Shown one piece after another: positions 14,167 to 28,142 of a stretch of DNA of 64,000 nt; positions within the stretch are counted from its first letter, which is position 1; every line of letters starts with the position of its first letter. The notes under the pieces are model-generated. The model saw only the letters and a list, made by a program, of their open reading frames with translations. It was not told the DNA's origin and did no database searches. Both the position numbers and the translations under genes were made by a program. Where the stretch lies: assembly GCA_965285935.1 (NCBI GenBank), contig OZ260664.1:61380001-61444000 (forward strand). Direction: 5' to 3'. Source of the DNA: Ophelia neglecta (taxonomy: Eukaryota).

Positions 14167-17100
14167 ACCACTGGGTTGTAGGGGATGAAAACCACTTGGC
14201 TGTACGGGGATGAAAACCACTTGGCTGTACGGGGATGAAGACCACTTGGCTGTACGGGGATGAAGACCACTTGGCTGTACGGGGATGAAAACCACTTGGA
14301 TGTACGGGGATGAAGATCACTGGGATGTACGGGGATGAAGGCTTCTTGGTTGTACGGGGATGAAAACCACTTGGATGTACAGGGATGAAAACCACTTGGC
14401 TGTACGGGGATGAAAACCACTGGGTTGTACGGGGATGAAGGCTACTTGGTTGTACAGCGATGAAAACCACATGGATGTACGGGGATGAAGATCACTGGGT
14501 TGTACGGGGATGAAGGCTTCTTGGTTGTACGGGGATGAAAACCACTTGGCTGTACGGGGATGAAAACCACTGGGCTGTACGGGGATAAAAACCACTTGGT
14601 TGTACGGGGATGAAGACCACTTGGCTGTACAGCGATGAAAACCACTTGGCTGTACAGGGATGAAAACCACTGGGCTGTACGGGGATGAAGACCACTTGGT
14701 TGTACGGGGATGAATGCCACTTGGTTGTACGGGGATGAAAGCCACTTGGTTGTACGGGGATGAAAACCACTTGGATGTACGGGGATGAAGATCACTTGGT
14801 TGTACGGGGATGAAGACCACTTGGCTGTACGGGGATGAAAACCACTTGGATGTACGGGGATGAAGATCACTGGGTTGTACGGGGATGAAGGCTTCTTGGT
14901 TGTACGGGGATGAAAACCACTTGGATGTTCGGGGATGAAAACCACTTGGCTGTACGGGGATGAAAACCACTGGGCTGTACGGGGATGAAAACCACTTGGT
15001 TGTACGGGGATGAAGACCACTTGGCCGTACAGCGATGAAAACCACTTGGCTGTACAGGGATGAAAACCACTGGGCTGTACGGGGATGAAGACCACTTGGT
15101 GGTACGGGGATGAATGCCACTTGGTTGTACGGGGATGAAAGCCACTTGGTTGTACGAGGATGAAGGCTACTTGGTTGTACGGGGATGAAAACCACTTGGG
15201 TGTACGGGGATGAAGGCCAATTGGTTGTACGGGGATGAAAACCACTTGGTTGTACGGGGATGAAAACCACTTGGTTGTACGGGGATGAAGACCACTTGGT
15301 TGTACGGGGATGAAGACCTCTTGGCTGTACGGGGATGAAGACCTCTTGGCTGTACGGGGATGAAGACCACTTGGCTGTACGGGGATGAAAACCACTTGGG
15401 TGTACGGGGATGAAGGCCACTTGGTTGTACGGGGATGAAGGCCAATTGGTTGTACGGGGATGAAAACCACTTGGATGTACGGGGATGAAGATCACTGGGT
15501 TGTACGGGGATGAAGACAACTTGGCTGTACGAGGATGAAGGCTACTTAGCTGAACGGGGATATAAACCACTTGGTTGTACGGGGATGAAGGCCACTTGGT
15601 TGTACGGGGGTGAAGGCCAAAGGTTGTATTGGGATGAAGGCTGCTTGGCTGAACGGGGATGAAAACCACTTGGTTGTACGGGGATGAAGGCCACATGGGT
15701 GTACGGGGATGAAGACCACTTGGTTGTACGGGGATGAAGACCTCTTGGCTGTACGGGGATGAAGACCTCTTGGCTGTACGGGGATGAAGGCCACTTGGTT
15801 GTACGGGGATGAAGGCCAATTGGTTGTACGGGGATGAAGGCCACTGTGTTGTACGGGGATGAAAACCACTTGGTTGTACGGGGATGAAGACCACTTGGCC
15901 ATACAGCGATGAAAACCACTTGGCTGTACAGGGATGAAAACCACTGGGCTGTACGGGGATGAAGACCACTTGGTGGTACGGGGATGAATGCCACTTGGTT
16001 GTACGAGGATGAAAACCACTTGGGTGTACGGGGATGAAGGCCAATTGGTTGTACGGGGATGAAGAACACTTGGTTGTACGGGGATGAAGGCCAATTGGTT
16101 GTACGGGGATGAAGGCCACTGTGTTGTACGGGGATGAAGGCCACTGGGTTGTACGGGGATGAATGCCAATTGGTTGTACGAGGATGAAAGCCACTTGGTT
16201 GTACGGGGATGAAGACCACTTGGTTGTACGTGGATGAAGGCCACTTGGTTGTAATGGGATGAAGGCTACTTGGTTGTACGGGGATGAATACCACTAGGTT
16301 GTACGGGGATAAAGGCTACTTGGTTGTACGAGGATGAAAACCACTTGGTTGTACGGGGATGAAGGCCACTTGGTTGTACGGGGATGAAGGCCAATTGGTT
16401 GTACGGGGATGAAGGCCACTGTGTTGTACGGGGATGAAGGCCACTGGGTTGTACGGGGATGAATGCCAATTGGTTGTACGAGGATGAAAGCCACTTGGCT
16501 GTACGGGGATGAAGACCACTTGGTTGTAATGGGATGAAGGCTACTTGGTTGTACGGGGATGAATACCACTAGGTTGTACGGGGATGAAAACCACTTGGGT
16601 GTACGGGGATGAAGGCCAATTGGTTGTACGGGGATGAAAACCACTTGGGTGTACGGGGATGAAGGCCAATTGGTTGTACGGGGATGAAAACCACTTGGTT
16701 GTACGAGGATGAAAACCACTTGGGTGTACGGGGATGAAGACCACTTGGTTGTACGGGGATGAAGACCTCTTGGCTGTACGGGGATGAAGACCTCTTGGCT
16801 GTACGGGGATGAAGGCCACTTGGTTGTACGGGGATGAAGGCCAATTGGTTGTACGGGGATGAAGGCCACTGGGTTGTACGGGGATGAAGACAACTTGGCT
16901 GTACGAGGATGAAGGCTACTTAGCTGAACGGGGATATAAACCACTTGGTTGTAGGGGGATGAAGGCCACTTGGTTGTACGGGGGTGAAGGCCACTTGGTT
17001 GTACGGGGGTGAAGGCCAAAAGTTGTATGGGGATGAAGGCTGCTTGGCTGAACGGGGATGAAAACCACTTGGTTGTACGGGAATGAAGGCCACTTGGTTG

Positions 17101-19025
17101 TACGGGGATGAAGGCCAATTGGTTGTACGGGGATGAAGGCCACTGGGTTGTACGGGGATGAAAGCCACTGGGTTGTACGGGGATGAAGGCCAATTGGTTG
17201 TACGAGGATGAAGGCCACTGGGTTGTACGGGGATGAAAGCCACTGGGTTGTACGGGGATGAAGGCCAATTGGTTGTACGAGGATGAAGGCCACTTGGTTG
17301 TACGGGGATGAATACCACTAGGTTGTACGGGGATAAAGGCTACTTGGTTGTACGAGGATGAAAACCACTTGGGTGTACGGGGATGAAGGCCAATTGGTTG
17401 TACGGGGATGAAGAACACTTGGTTTTACGGGGATGAAGGCTACTTGGCTGAACGGGGATGAAAACCACTTGGTTGTACGAGGATGAAGGCCACTTGGTTG
17501 TACGGGGATGAAAACCACTTGGTTGTACGGGGATGAAAACCACTTGGTTGTACGAGGATGAAAACCACTTGGGTGTACGGTGATGAAGACCACTTGGTTG
17601 TACGGGGATGAAGACCTCTTGGCTGTACGGGGATGAAGACCTCTTGGCTGTACGGGGATGAAGGCCACTTGGTTGTACGGGGATGAAGGCCAATTGGTTG
17701 TACGGGGATGAAGGCCACTGGGTTGTACGGGGATGAAGACAACTTGGCTGTACGAGGATGAAGGCTACTTAGCTGAACGGGGATATAAACCACTTGGTTG
17801 TACGGGGATGAAGGCCACTTGGTTGTACGGGGGTGAAAGCCACTTGGTTGTACGGGGGTGAAGGCCAAAAGTTGTATGGGGATGAAGGCTGCTTGGCTGA
17901 ACGGGGATGAAAACCACTTGGTTGTACGGGAATGAAGGCCACTTGGTTGTACGGGGATGAAGGCCAATTGGTTGTACGGGGATGAAGGCCACTGGGTTGT
18001 ACGGGGATGAAAGCCACTGGGTTGTACGGGGATGAAGGCCAATTGGTTGTACGAGGATGAAGGCCACTGGGTTGTACGGGGATGAAAGCCACTGGGTTGT
18101 ACGGGGATGAAGGCCAATTGGTTGTACGAGGATGAAGGCCACTTGGTTGTACGGGGATGAATACCACTAGGTTGTACGGGGATAAAGGCTACTTGGTTGT
18201 ACGAGGATGAAAACCACTTGGGTGTACGGGGATGAAGGCCAATTGGTTGTACGGGGATGAAGAACACTTGGCTTTACGGGGATGAAAACCACTTGGTTGT
18301 ACGAGGATGAAGGCCACTTGGTTGTACGGGGATGAAAACCACTTGGGTGTACGGGGATGAAGGCCAATTGGTTGTACGGGGATGAAAACCACTTGGTTGT
18401 ATGGGGATGAAAATCACTTGGTTGTACGGGGATGAAAACCACTTGGTTGTACGAGGATGAAAACCACTTGGGTGTACGGTGATGAAGACCACTTGGTTGT
18501 ACGGGGATGAAAACCACTTGTTTGGGATGAAGGCAACTTTGTTGTACGGGGATGAAAACCACTTGGTTGTACGGGGGTGAAGACCTCTTGGCTGTACGGG
18601 GATGAAGACCACTGGGCTCTACGGGGATGAAGGCTGCTTGGCTGAACGGGGATGAAAACCACTTGATTGTACGGGGATGAAGGCTACTTGGCTGAACGGT
18701 GATGAAAACCACTTGGTTGCACGGGGATGAAGGCCACTGGGTTGTACGGGGATGAAGGCTACTTGGCTGAACGGGGATATAAACCACTTGGTTGTACGGG
18801 GATGAAGGCCACTTGGTTGTACGGTGGTGAAGGCCAATTGGTTGTATGGGGATGAAGGCTGCTTGGCTGAACGGGGATGAAAACCACTTGGTTGTACGGG
18901 GATGAAGGCCACTTGGTTGTACGGGGATGAAGGCCACTGGGTTGTACGGGGATGAAGGCCACTGGGTTGTACGGGGATGAAGGCCACTGGGTTGTACGGG
19001 GATTAAGGCCACTGGGTTGTACGGG
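14167..19025. repeat. 25-bp tandem satellite, about 194 copies, consensus GTACGGGGATGAARRCCACTTGGTT
   Basis: Continuous array seen directly. It explains all the overlapping minus-strand ORFs with a 25-aa period (FIPVQPSGFHPRTTKWFSSPYNQVV). Confidence 0.97.
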
Positions 19026-22000
19026 TATCCCCCGCCGACTAAGGCAGAATCTCCATGCCTTGATAGGCACATTATTTATGACTTGTATGGGATACCTGCT
19101 GCTCTTATTGTGACACATTTATTGATTTTTTTTGTGATACAGTGATTTATGATCGAATGGCCCACCAAGGTGTTAAATCTCTTTCTATCTCTATCACAAG
19201 GCCTATACACTGCCCCTGTATTGTAAATATATAGGAGGATCACCCATGACACACCTTACACAGAGGGTTACATCAATCGTCATTCGTCCGGTGCAGTCAT
19301 GGACCTTATGTAATTTACATATTTGCCTTCGCGGTTGGGAAAATGTTTTTGGCTGAAAACTAGAACCGACGAAGTTCTCTTTTCCTCGATACAGTATAGT
19401 ATAGAGCTATGTAAGACCTGGGAATAATGATTAAGGCGTATCCATAATGCAATAAAATTCACAGGGAGCACTAATAATTCATATCAGGCTGTTCATAGAC
19501 TCTTTAAATTCATATCAGTGTAATATGCCTTCGATACTAACTTGGTCACCCGTTTTAAATGCTAGTAGTCGTCGAAGAGCGATGGAAAGTCGCTTGTCGC
19601 TCGTTAATTTAATAACCTGAGTGTTTCAACAAAAATCATTTCATATTAAATTAATGCATCCGTGTGACTTACTATAGGCATTATGTTTCCGCAGAAGCTG
19701 TCAGAATGTTTTTTATCACAATATACTAGTATGGGTTGGATTCTCTTTATTTTATTCCATGGCAGCCGTCTGCATGTGGTGGATATTAAGTCGATAAAAG
19801 GGGGTTGTGTGGCTCAAATTAAATTATGTCGACATAGGCGTGATGCCTGTTACTGCGAGGGTCGGACTCTGAGTATAGGGCCGGAATGGAGGTATCTCAT
19901 CGTCTGCCCGTAAAGTGACTTGGTTAATACAGTAGGGCTCCCACTCGTTAAATAACAATAAAAAACAATTTCAATTTCTTAAGGCAAATTACTCAACTTA
20001 CACAATCGTGTAATTGGTTTATTTTCCCTTCAAAAGCACTAACATATGGGACTCGTCATTAATAATAGGATCTAAAAACCACGTTTGTTGTATTTAATGT
20101 CCTAGACACGAAAACTATATATGCAGCTATGTATTATTCAGATTTTTAGGCCTACTGTTGTCTCTTCTGATACATTGTCAATGAATACTAAAAGAATATA
20201 GACCAATTATATTCCCACCGGTATGAGGTGCCTGTATATACTGCGTCAATGGAGGCAGCATGTCTCGTTCCCTTATGTACAAAACAGCAACATTCCACCG
20301 TTTAAAATTCGACCATCACTGTTACAATGCAAAACTGACGCCAGGTTTAAGTGTTGCCTTGAGAACAGCAGGACTGAAACAGAAAGTACTCTGCTCATAT
20401 AGTCATTGGTGAAGCTGCTCCAGAGGGTACATTGTATTGTGAGCATAGTAAAAGCTGTTTCAGGGCTGCTGCTCACAAGAAAACCCTTCCCGTTGGAGCG
20501 GGTTTTCCAACAGTGTCTATTCTCGTGTGAAATCACCCCAGACGCTTTATATTAGCTGTGGATACATACAAGTTTTTGTATTGAAACCATTCAATTATTT
20601 TCGACTGCTATAAACGAGGGAGTAAATTAACATGTCAATTGCACATGGGCGGTATGAACATTATGAAAAGTCCACTTAATCATTCAAAATGAAAGTTGCT
20701 TTCAAAAACAATTATTTTTAATACTAGCTCATTATTGTGTGTGGCCCATATGGGCGGGTAATCAACACGAGGGGCTCCAGGCAAATCTCAATAGCCAGCA
20801 AGGCCTTTTCCAATTTATTGGAGTTGAATTTCCGTCCAGCCAACTGGTCACTATTAATTTATAGTGGACAATACATAATCTCTGGTTAATGCCGCTCACT
20901 GGAGTCATTTGTATTCCAATCCATGCACAACCGACTTTCTAAATAATATAATCCTCTATATTGACTGGATTGTATCAATGGGTCGGTTCATGAATAGTCC
21001 GTGTCTAGTGAAAAAAACTGCGAATTGGCGGGCGTGCAACGTTCTACAAAACATCTATAGGGCAGGTTGTAAAATCGTGCTCACTCCAAGTTGCAAGAAA
21101 CTATTAACCGAAGATATCCAAACTGGCCTATACATGCAGTTCTGGTTTCGGGATTCAACCTTGTACTGAAAAATATGACCAAAGTGACAATTCTGTTGTT
21201 TGTAGGCACAATATATAATAATAGTAACTATAATAGTAACAGCCATCTATACTGTTGTTTCGTTTGTAAATTCCTTTCATTTTTTACTTCAATTTTACTT
21301 TGATACATATATACACACAACAAGATTAAAATTGTGTGTAAAGATCAATGCTGCCGCTTGTTCTGAGAAATAACATGCTTTGCCATTTTATAGACCTCTT
21401 TTCCTTGGTAAAACTGTGCCGTCTTTGGTTTCCTGGCATTCTTTCACGTATCTGGTTACTTTTGTGTATCTTCCGTTCACATTGCAGGATATTAATTCAA
21501 CGTTTTAGGCCTAATTGAATATTAAAAAGACGCAAGTCACAATAAGCCTATGTATATTGGCACACAGAAGAATATTAAATACAAAAATGGTTTATTTAAG
21601 GGTAATAGCAGATCTATAAAAAGGTGACACTCCTGAGCAAGGACCTACCACAGATACACTGTTTTCCAATATTGCCCAACACTATGAATGCATGATAGGC
21701 CTACCTTGCGAACACAAAAACCCCATTCAAGAGTATTATCCCCCACTAATATTAGCGCCCAAATCGTCTGCCTAGTGGACTTCATAACGTAAATGACGTT
21801 GGCTTGTAAGAGGATCTGTAGACAGACCAGGTGGAATATAAGCTGACAGGCCCCCACTCAATAGACTAACAACGCCTGCTGTTAGAATTTTACATCATGC
21901 AAGTACCGGAAGTTATTATTGTGAGGAATTGAGTATGTATGGCTGTATTGATGGGTGTATTGATGGGTGTATTTGGGGTGGTGGTGGTAGGGGGGGGGGG

Positions 22001-23374
22001 TAAATGGGGGATAGGGTAGGGTGAAATTTATCATATTTTTTTCCTCGGACAAACAGATAAAAACTGTCAAATTAATGTAACTGATCACATCATATTTCAA
22101 CCATTCCTACCCTCTCCTGCAGAACACACGAGGCTCTACCCCCCCCCCCCCCCCAACACTAACTCCATTATAATTTTAAAATGGGCTCGTCACTACTCAT
22201 TAGAAGGCTTTTATATTCACCGGCAAAGTAAAACTGGAATGGAAAAGGAAAGCGTGCGCTAATGGCTCCGTGCATTCGGCAGACGACAGACCAAATTGGA
22301 AAATCTTGCAGCAGGCAGCACCTGAGCCGAGGTGTGACTGACCCAGTGTGAGCCGTCTGCTTGATCTCAGTGACTACAAATATTGGCCCTCCTCAGGTAT
22401 CGCCCGAGTCATGATTATATGATTCAAATGAATGGCACATAGTCATATTATTAATAGTGTACTAAATCAATATGTGTAGACATATATTGTACAAACAGGC
22501 CTATAATATATGCATATATACATGCGTAGACCCTTCCTTTGATTATATTAAAGTACACCATAGTATATTATACTAAGTATCATGTTTTATACCTACACGT
22601 TACAAAACAGGTTTAATATATATACCTGAGCCGCGCAAATGCCACAGAGCCGGGGGCAAAAAGAAGCGAAGGACGCTTGGGGAGTCATGCCTTCCCATCC
22701 CCTGCATTTTGGAGTAAAAGGTCTCGGGATTCTCTTGCCCCACTCTGGGGTGTCTATCTTCTTATCGGAAGGCTTTTCCCCATAGCTGGAGCTATGCTAA
22801 TTTGGGGGTTCAACTTAACGTTAATGTAATATGTCTCTTTCTTGATCTGTTTTCTTATCGAGGGCATGGGAATTAATGTTTCATATTTCGTATAATAAAA
22901 GGATCATGTGTAGGGGTAAAAATCTAATACGGACAGTATGATACGTGTTTTAAATTTTCTATGCAATATTGATACAATATATAACGTAGTAAGCCTATAT
23001 GTTAAGAGGAATACGCTCTGATGTTCCTCTCCAATGGTACCTCGGTCGAGGTGCACCTGCATTGCCAAGAAAGGCCAGGAAGGAGATCGAGCGCCAAGCC
23101 CCGTTCGCAGACACCAGGAGCACTGTTTTCACATCAATAATGTACATATTTCAATGCTCCCCTCTTCACATCATCTGTCGTTAGTGAAAGAAGCTTGTAG
23201 GACATGGTTAATGTTACCGCGAGTAGACGCCCACGACCAGTCACACCATTCCTGAACCAGACATACGGTGTGGTAAATGCCTACACCGGCCTGGCAACTT
23301 GTGTGCCCAGAAGCCAAAGGCTGAAAGATTACGGCATATATAAGTATCAAGAGTGTAACTGGTCGTTAAAATGA

Positions 23375-23960
23375 GTATTATGCTTCCTATGAACCAAAAT
23401 GTCTGCCATATTTTGATTCCTTTCCAATGACATAAAAAACCCTTCCTTAAACGCCGCCTTGCCTTTTTACCGATCTGTCAAGAAGATTATTCTGCTTCTA
23501 GATAACATTTTGCAGAAAGCCATGGGGAATAGTTCAATGCCAATGGTATTCTGTATGGCAAATCTGCTTTCAAGTTGCTCATTTTTTCTTCTATTCAGAA
23601 GGCTGTGTCACTCTCTCTGTCAACTCATAGGTCAGATCGAGTCTCAATATTGTATCTATCATAACCACCCTTTACCATAGATTGTCCTTGAAAGCTTCAT
23701 TTTCTTTCTCATAGTCACTTTCTTTTTCACATATCTTTTTCCCGAATCCGTTTAATTCTTACCATCGTGCCTTTGGCCAATCCGCTCTTAATCCGTGCAG
23801 TGTGGTCAGATTCCTCCCTGATATAACAATGTTTGTCCGTAGACTAGGTAAATAAATAGGTTTTTAAACGGTTTCCTTCCGGTATAAAATCAACGTGAAT
23901 TTTAGCGTTGATTCTATTCGCCTCTTTCCAAAATACATTCTTTTTCCGTACATGTCATGT
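23375..23960 (-). mobile_element. Decayed Penelope-like retroelement fragment (RT C-terminal/thumb and linker region)
   Basis: The minus strand reads EANRINAKIHVDFIPEGNRLKTYLFT*STDKHCYIREESDHTARIKSGLAKGTMVRIKRI, then ICEKESDYEKENEAFKDNL, and later RNQNMADILVHRKHN. These match Penelope motifs T.LY.KPTD.H.YL...S.HP...K..IP.G...RIKRIC and R..NL.DILVH, with stops and frameshifts. Confidence 0.75.
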
Positions 23961-26900
23961 ATACAAGTGTACATATTTCATAGTACATTTCAATGTTTTC
24001 CGTCGACTTCTAGGATCCACTGGTAAGCAAACTCATTTCTAGCGCCAGTGCAAAATGCTTATTATTTCATATTAATTTTCCTTGTTCTTTGGTTTCCATA
24101 ATAGGACTTTAGTCCTGTGTCATATAGGGCTTGGTGTCGGGCCAGCAAAATATGTTCTTGGAAAAAACTTGCTAGGCCATTATGGATTATACCATAGAGG
24201 CAATCTACACTAGATTCTTCATTTATATGAAATATTTTAAATATATTCTACCATACAAGACGATACGCCTGGTTTTAAAGAACTAGCTTGATATGATATA
24301 CGCTGATGGTCAAATATAACTAGCCCAGCGGGTGAATGTTACTCAGTGAGTTCTCATAATATGATTAATAAGACATATTGTTCTAACGAGTGATGGTCAT
24401 TTGGATGCTCGTAAACCTTCCACCACTCATCGAATATTCGTCTTTTGAATACACTGGAATTTCGTAGATGTAGGAATTCTTATTTGAAGAATTTCTGGCA
24501 ATATTTACACATCATTAAGATATAATCTCTACATAGCTTGTCAATAAATAAGTCGATAAACATTTACATAATAAATGACAATCCTACTGTTAGGTTGATA
24601 TACCCCATTTACTTACAGTGACATTCACTTTGTCACTATATATTCTGAAAATGACTATTATTTCTGATTCGGCCGAACTCGATCGATAATGGATCCCTTT
24701 CTGTTCCGACGGACAAAATATAAAGGCCATTCATTATGGCTGGTTGATCACCATTCTTGTTTGACATATATGCATGTAGATATTAACAATTTATTTATGG
24801 TGGCAGCTTTCAATGTGAAGCATAAATAGCTGATACTCTCATATATAGGGCAACATATGTGTTTGAGCGTGGGCAGGCGTTGGACATTAAAGTCATTCTC
24901 CTGAAACATTCAGTTTGGTATCGGATAATTGGCTTTATAAAAAGAGCTATGAACAGATTTTCACACTTGTGGGTTTGTTGGAGTTTTTGCTATACACTAT
25001 ACTGATTAATCGAAAGGCATTATAAAAATGTCTTGTGATCACTTTGGAGCAATTTTGCACAGGCTAATTAGTGATTTTCCGAAGAAATAGTAGGGAGGAC
25101 CTAGGTTTTGCATTGGTAGTCCATGCAGACAATATTAATGAGACAAAACTACCAGCTCCGATTGTAAATACAAACAATGTCTGAAATCAGGCGAGCCACA
25201 TTCAACCATTGACCTTCTGATGTGCAGCTAATCAAAAGAACAAATGCATAATCACAATAGGCATCATGTCAACTGAATTTATGATCGTGCAGATTAATGG
25301 AAGCACGACTCATCTCTTATTGAAACTTATTAATACATTTGTTTCAGTTGGTACATTATGTATTTTATAACAAACGTTTCAACCATTTTAAGCTACAGTT
25401 GAAATGTTGATAGTGTGTCGTAAAACAATTATTTCTTGCATATATAGAAATATACATTTAAATAGTTACAATTAAATCGATGGGCTGACCTAAAATGAAT
25501 GTGCATTATGTTATGCTTCCATATTCTTGCATGTTTTAACATGATATAAATCGAGTTAAATATATATGCGTGTTCGCTATAGGCGTTTCTTCTCTCTGGA
25601 ATAGTGTAGATGTACAAATGCCTCCACCACCTGGCCTATATATGTCGGATTGATGTCATTCCAGCTTTATTCTATTAATATTTACCTCCAGATTGATTGA
25701 CTCTCTTTATTTAATCATAGGGACATTATCTCGGACATTGAGTACTCGACCTAAATGTGATGGTACGTGTAATATTAATTATCGATAACCTTAACTTGCT
25801 GTTAGTTCGGATTTTTTGCTACACTGTCCTCTTGGGTTAATAGACACAGAGCCTTGTTTTATGCCTTTTGCGAAAACAATTCTCGTGTGTATTAATAAAT
25901 CTTCGCGTGTAGTGGAATCTCGTGAGTAGCACAATACAAACTTTAAGCTACGTGTAGTTATTTTCGGCGCTCAATGCATCCTGCCACGTTCGTTGTGTCA
26001 TGTAAAGGGTGCTGCATACAGTAACTCAATCAAAATGATGGATGGACGTGTACAGTGACAATAAAAGTGTAACCGGTTTCCTTGCCAACTTGTCAATTTA
26101 CTTCTTTCTTACTTGAGTAGATAATTAATGCCATTTCTATTTATCATTGTTCTGAAGCGTTAACTTTCCTGTCAGTTGTCTTATATTTTATCGACTGCTA
26201 GTCAATCCGGAAGTATCGTGATAGCTGAAGGAGGGCGATAATGTCGACAGTCGACTGTCTTCTATAACAAGATAAAATCACCGAGTTGCATCATAACGAC
26301 CTTACTTAGGATGTCTACTAGTATTGAACACCGGAATAAGACAGTTGTTGACCTTTCCCATTTTAAAGAAGATACCCCTCCCGAAAATACTGCACACTTA
26401 AGAGTGTCAAGAAATTGACCACGGGGATACAAGACAGTAGACTCCTCTAAGAAGTGAGTTATAGGAGTGCTAGGATCAAAATCCATAAGATAAACATATT
26501 CTGCGATGTGCCCAAGCATCTACTATACCAGCTTACTACCACATGATTATGTGTTCGATACACGCGTAAGTCAAATGAAGTTGATAAATAAAATGAAACG
26601 AATGGCCTTGATCTCTTTAACTCATATCGCTATCGGACAGGCGCCTGTGTGTTGACATTAAGGTCCCGTGTTAGAACGCAAACCTGTCCATATTTGCCAA
26701 CAATAAGCGAGTCTTTTATGTTTTTGCGTGATTTTTATATAGTTTTGTGCCGCACACCAGGGCCTTATATATATGCACTCAAGGCCCTGTTATTCGTGAT
26801 TATATTTTATCAGGTATTTGCCTATGTTGCAGGGTGCAGGCCATACCAACCAAAGGCTGACTGTCATCCTTTAGTTTTTAATAGTTTATTTAGTTTGTAA

Positions 26901-27944
26901 ACTAAAGCACTGCATTGAGGGTACGAACAATAGATTTGCGTCCTCACCGCCACATGGGGTTGTCAGATTCTTATATTTCATGTATGCTACAAGGGCAAAC
27001 CCGAAAGAAACACCATAACGATAAGCTCATCGTTTCATTTCCTTAATTTTAAAGCCTCACGATCATACAAACTTTTTAAAAAACTAATCGACAGATAGAC
27101 ATACGCTGTTAAAAATGACTGTTTTTTATTAACTGCAAACACATAAGCCGTCAGACAGAAAGCATATTCCAATAATATTAAAACAGATTAGATCTGGAAG
27201 GAGATAAAAATCGACGTTCTATGTTATTTATGATGCTAGAGAAAAATCAGACACGAGTAGCAAACACTTTCCTCTTGAATAAAAACCGCCATTTACACTA
27301 CCAGATATCACCAATTGATAATGGTTTTAGTTAACATTTATTGTTTTTGATTGATAATTATAATCGCACTTAAGTGTGAGCGATAATTACACTTAAAGTG
27401 TAATTGAGGTGAAAATGTAAGCCTTTATTTATTAGAACAGATGTGCTCAAAGTCAGGTGAAAATAAAAGATGGACAGTGTGTCTATTGAGGGATCTCATC
27501 AAGGGGGACTTCGAAAGTTCCTCTTGAGGAGTTCCTTTTATGGTTCTTTTTATTCCAAAATGTAAGACTTTTAATTTGGGATAAATCTTTTAGTGACTTT
27601 TTTCATCTGCCCGAAGAATAACCCCAGACAAGAGTTATAATATTATGTGCCTTTTACATTGTTTTTGCCGGTGATACAGTGTGAAAATGATATTGTGCTA
27701 ATCGAATAATATGACACTTGCGCAACTGTAATTGATTGATGATGGAGCCACTGGCTGACTTAATATACAACTGGTAAACGTAGCTGAAAAGGCGTGTTGC
27801 ATACTTTATATACCTGTAGCCTGCACAGGTTATCCTAATGACTTAAGAGTAATAGGAACTAGATCTATATTTTATTTTATGGATCTTCCAAGTATAAGTG
27901 TATATATGCCTAAATTTATCTTACCAGTTATCCATTTAATAATT

Positions 27945-27968
27945 TACTAATGCTGTTTTTTTTCTCAG
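27945..27968 (+). promoter_or_regulatory. 3' splice site (branch point, pyrimidine tract, CAG) opening the SK channel coding exon at 27969
   Basis: TACTAAT branch-like motif at 27945-27951, then a T-rich tract and CTCAG. This implies upstream non-coding exon(s). Confidence 0.7.
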
Positions 27969-28142
27969 GCTCAGGCTGTACAGTGTATGGCTAGGTGCGT
28001 GTACGACGTGGAGTGTGCCCTGCGGCAGTGAGATAGGACCTAAACGCCAAGCGGCACCCGACCCCTCCGCCCAGTCTGACACGCCGACAAGCTGGACGGG
28101 GGAGTTAAAAGCGGTCCAGAGGGGCAGTCCCAGCCAGCTGAC

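Noticed and set aside
14167-19025. CRISPR array
   Set aside because: Head-to-tail units with no unique spacers, no cas genes, and a eukaryotic intron-containing context.
13969-19118. Dozens of long minus-strand ORFs as protein-coding genes
   Set aside because: They are by-products of the 25-bp satellite: the same peptide appears in all frames, stops are scattered, and no splice or signal-peptide context is evident.
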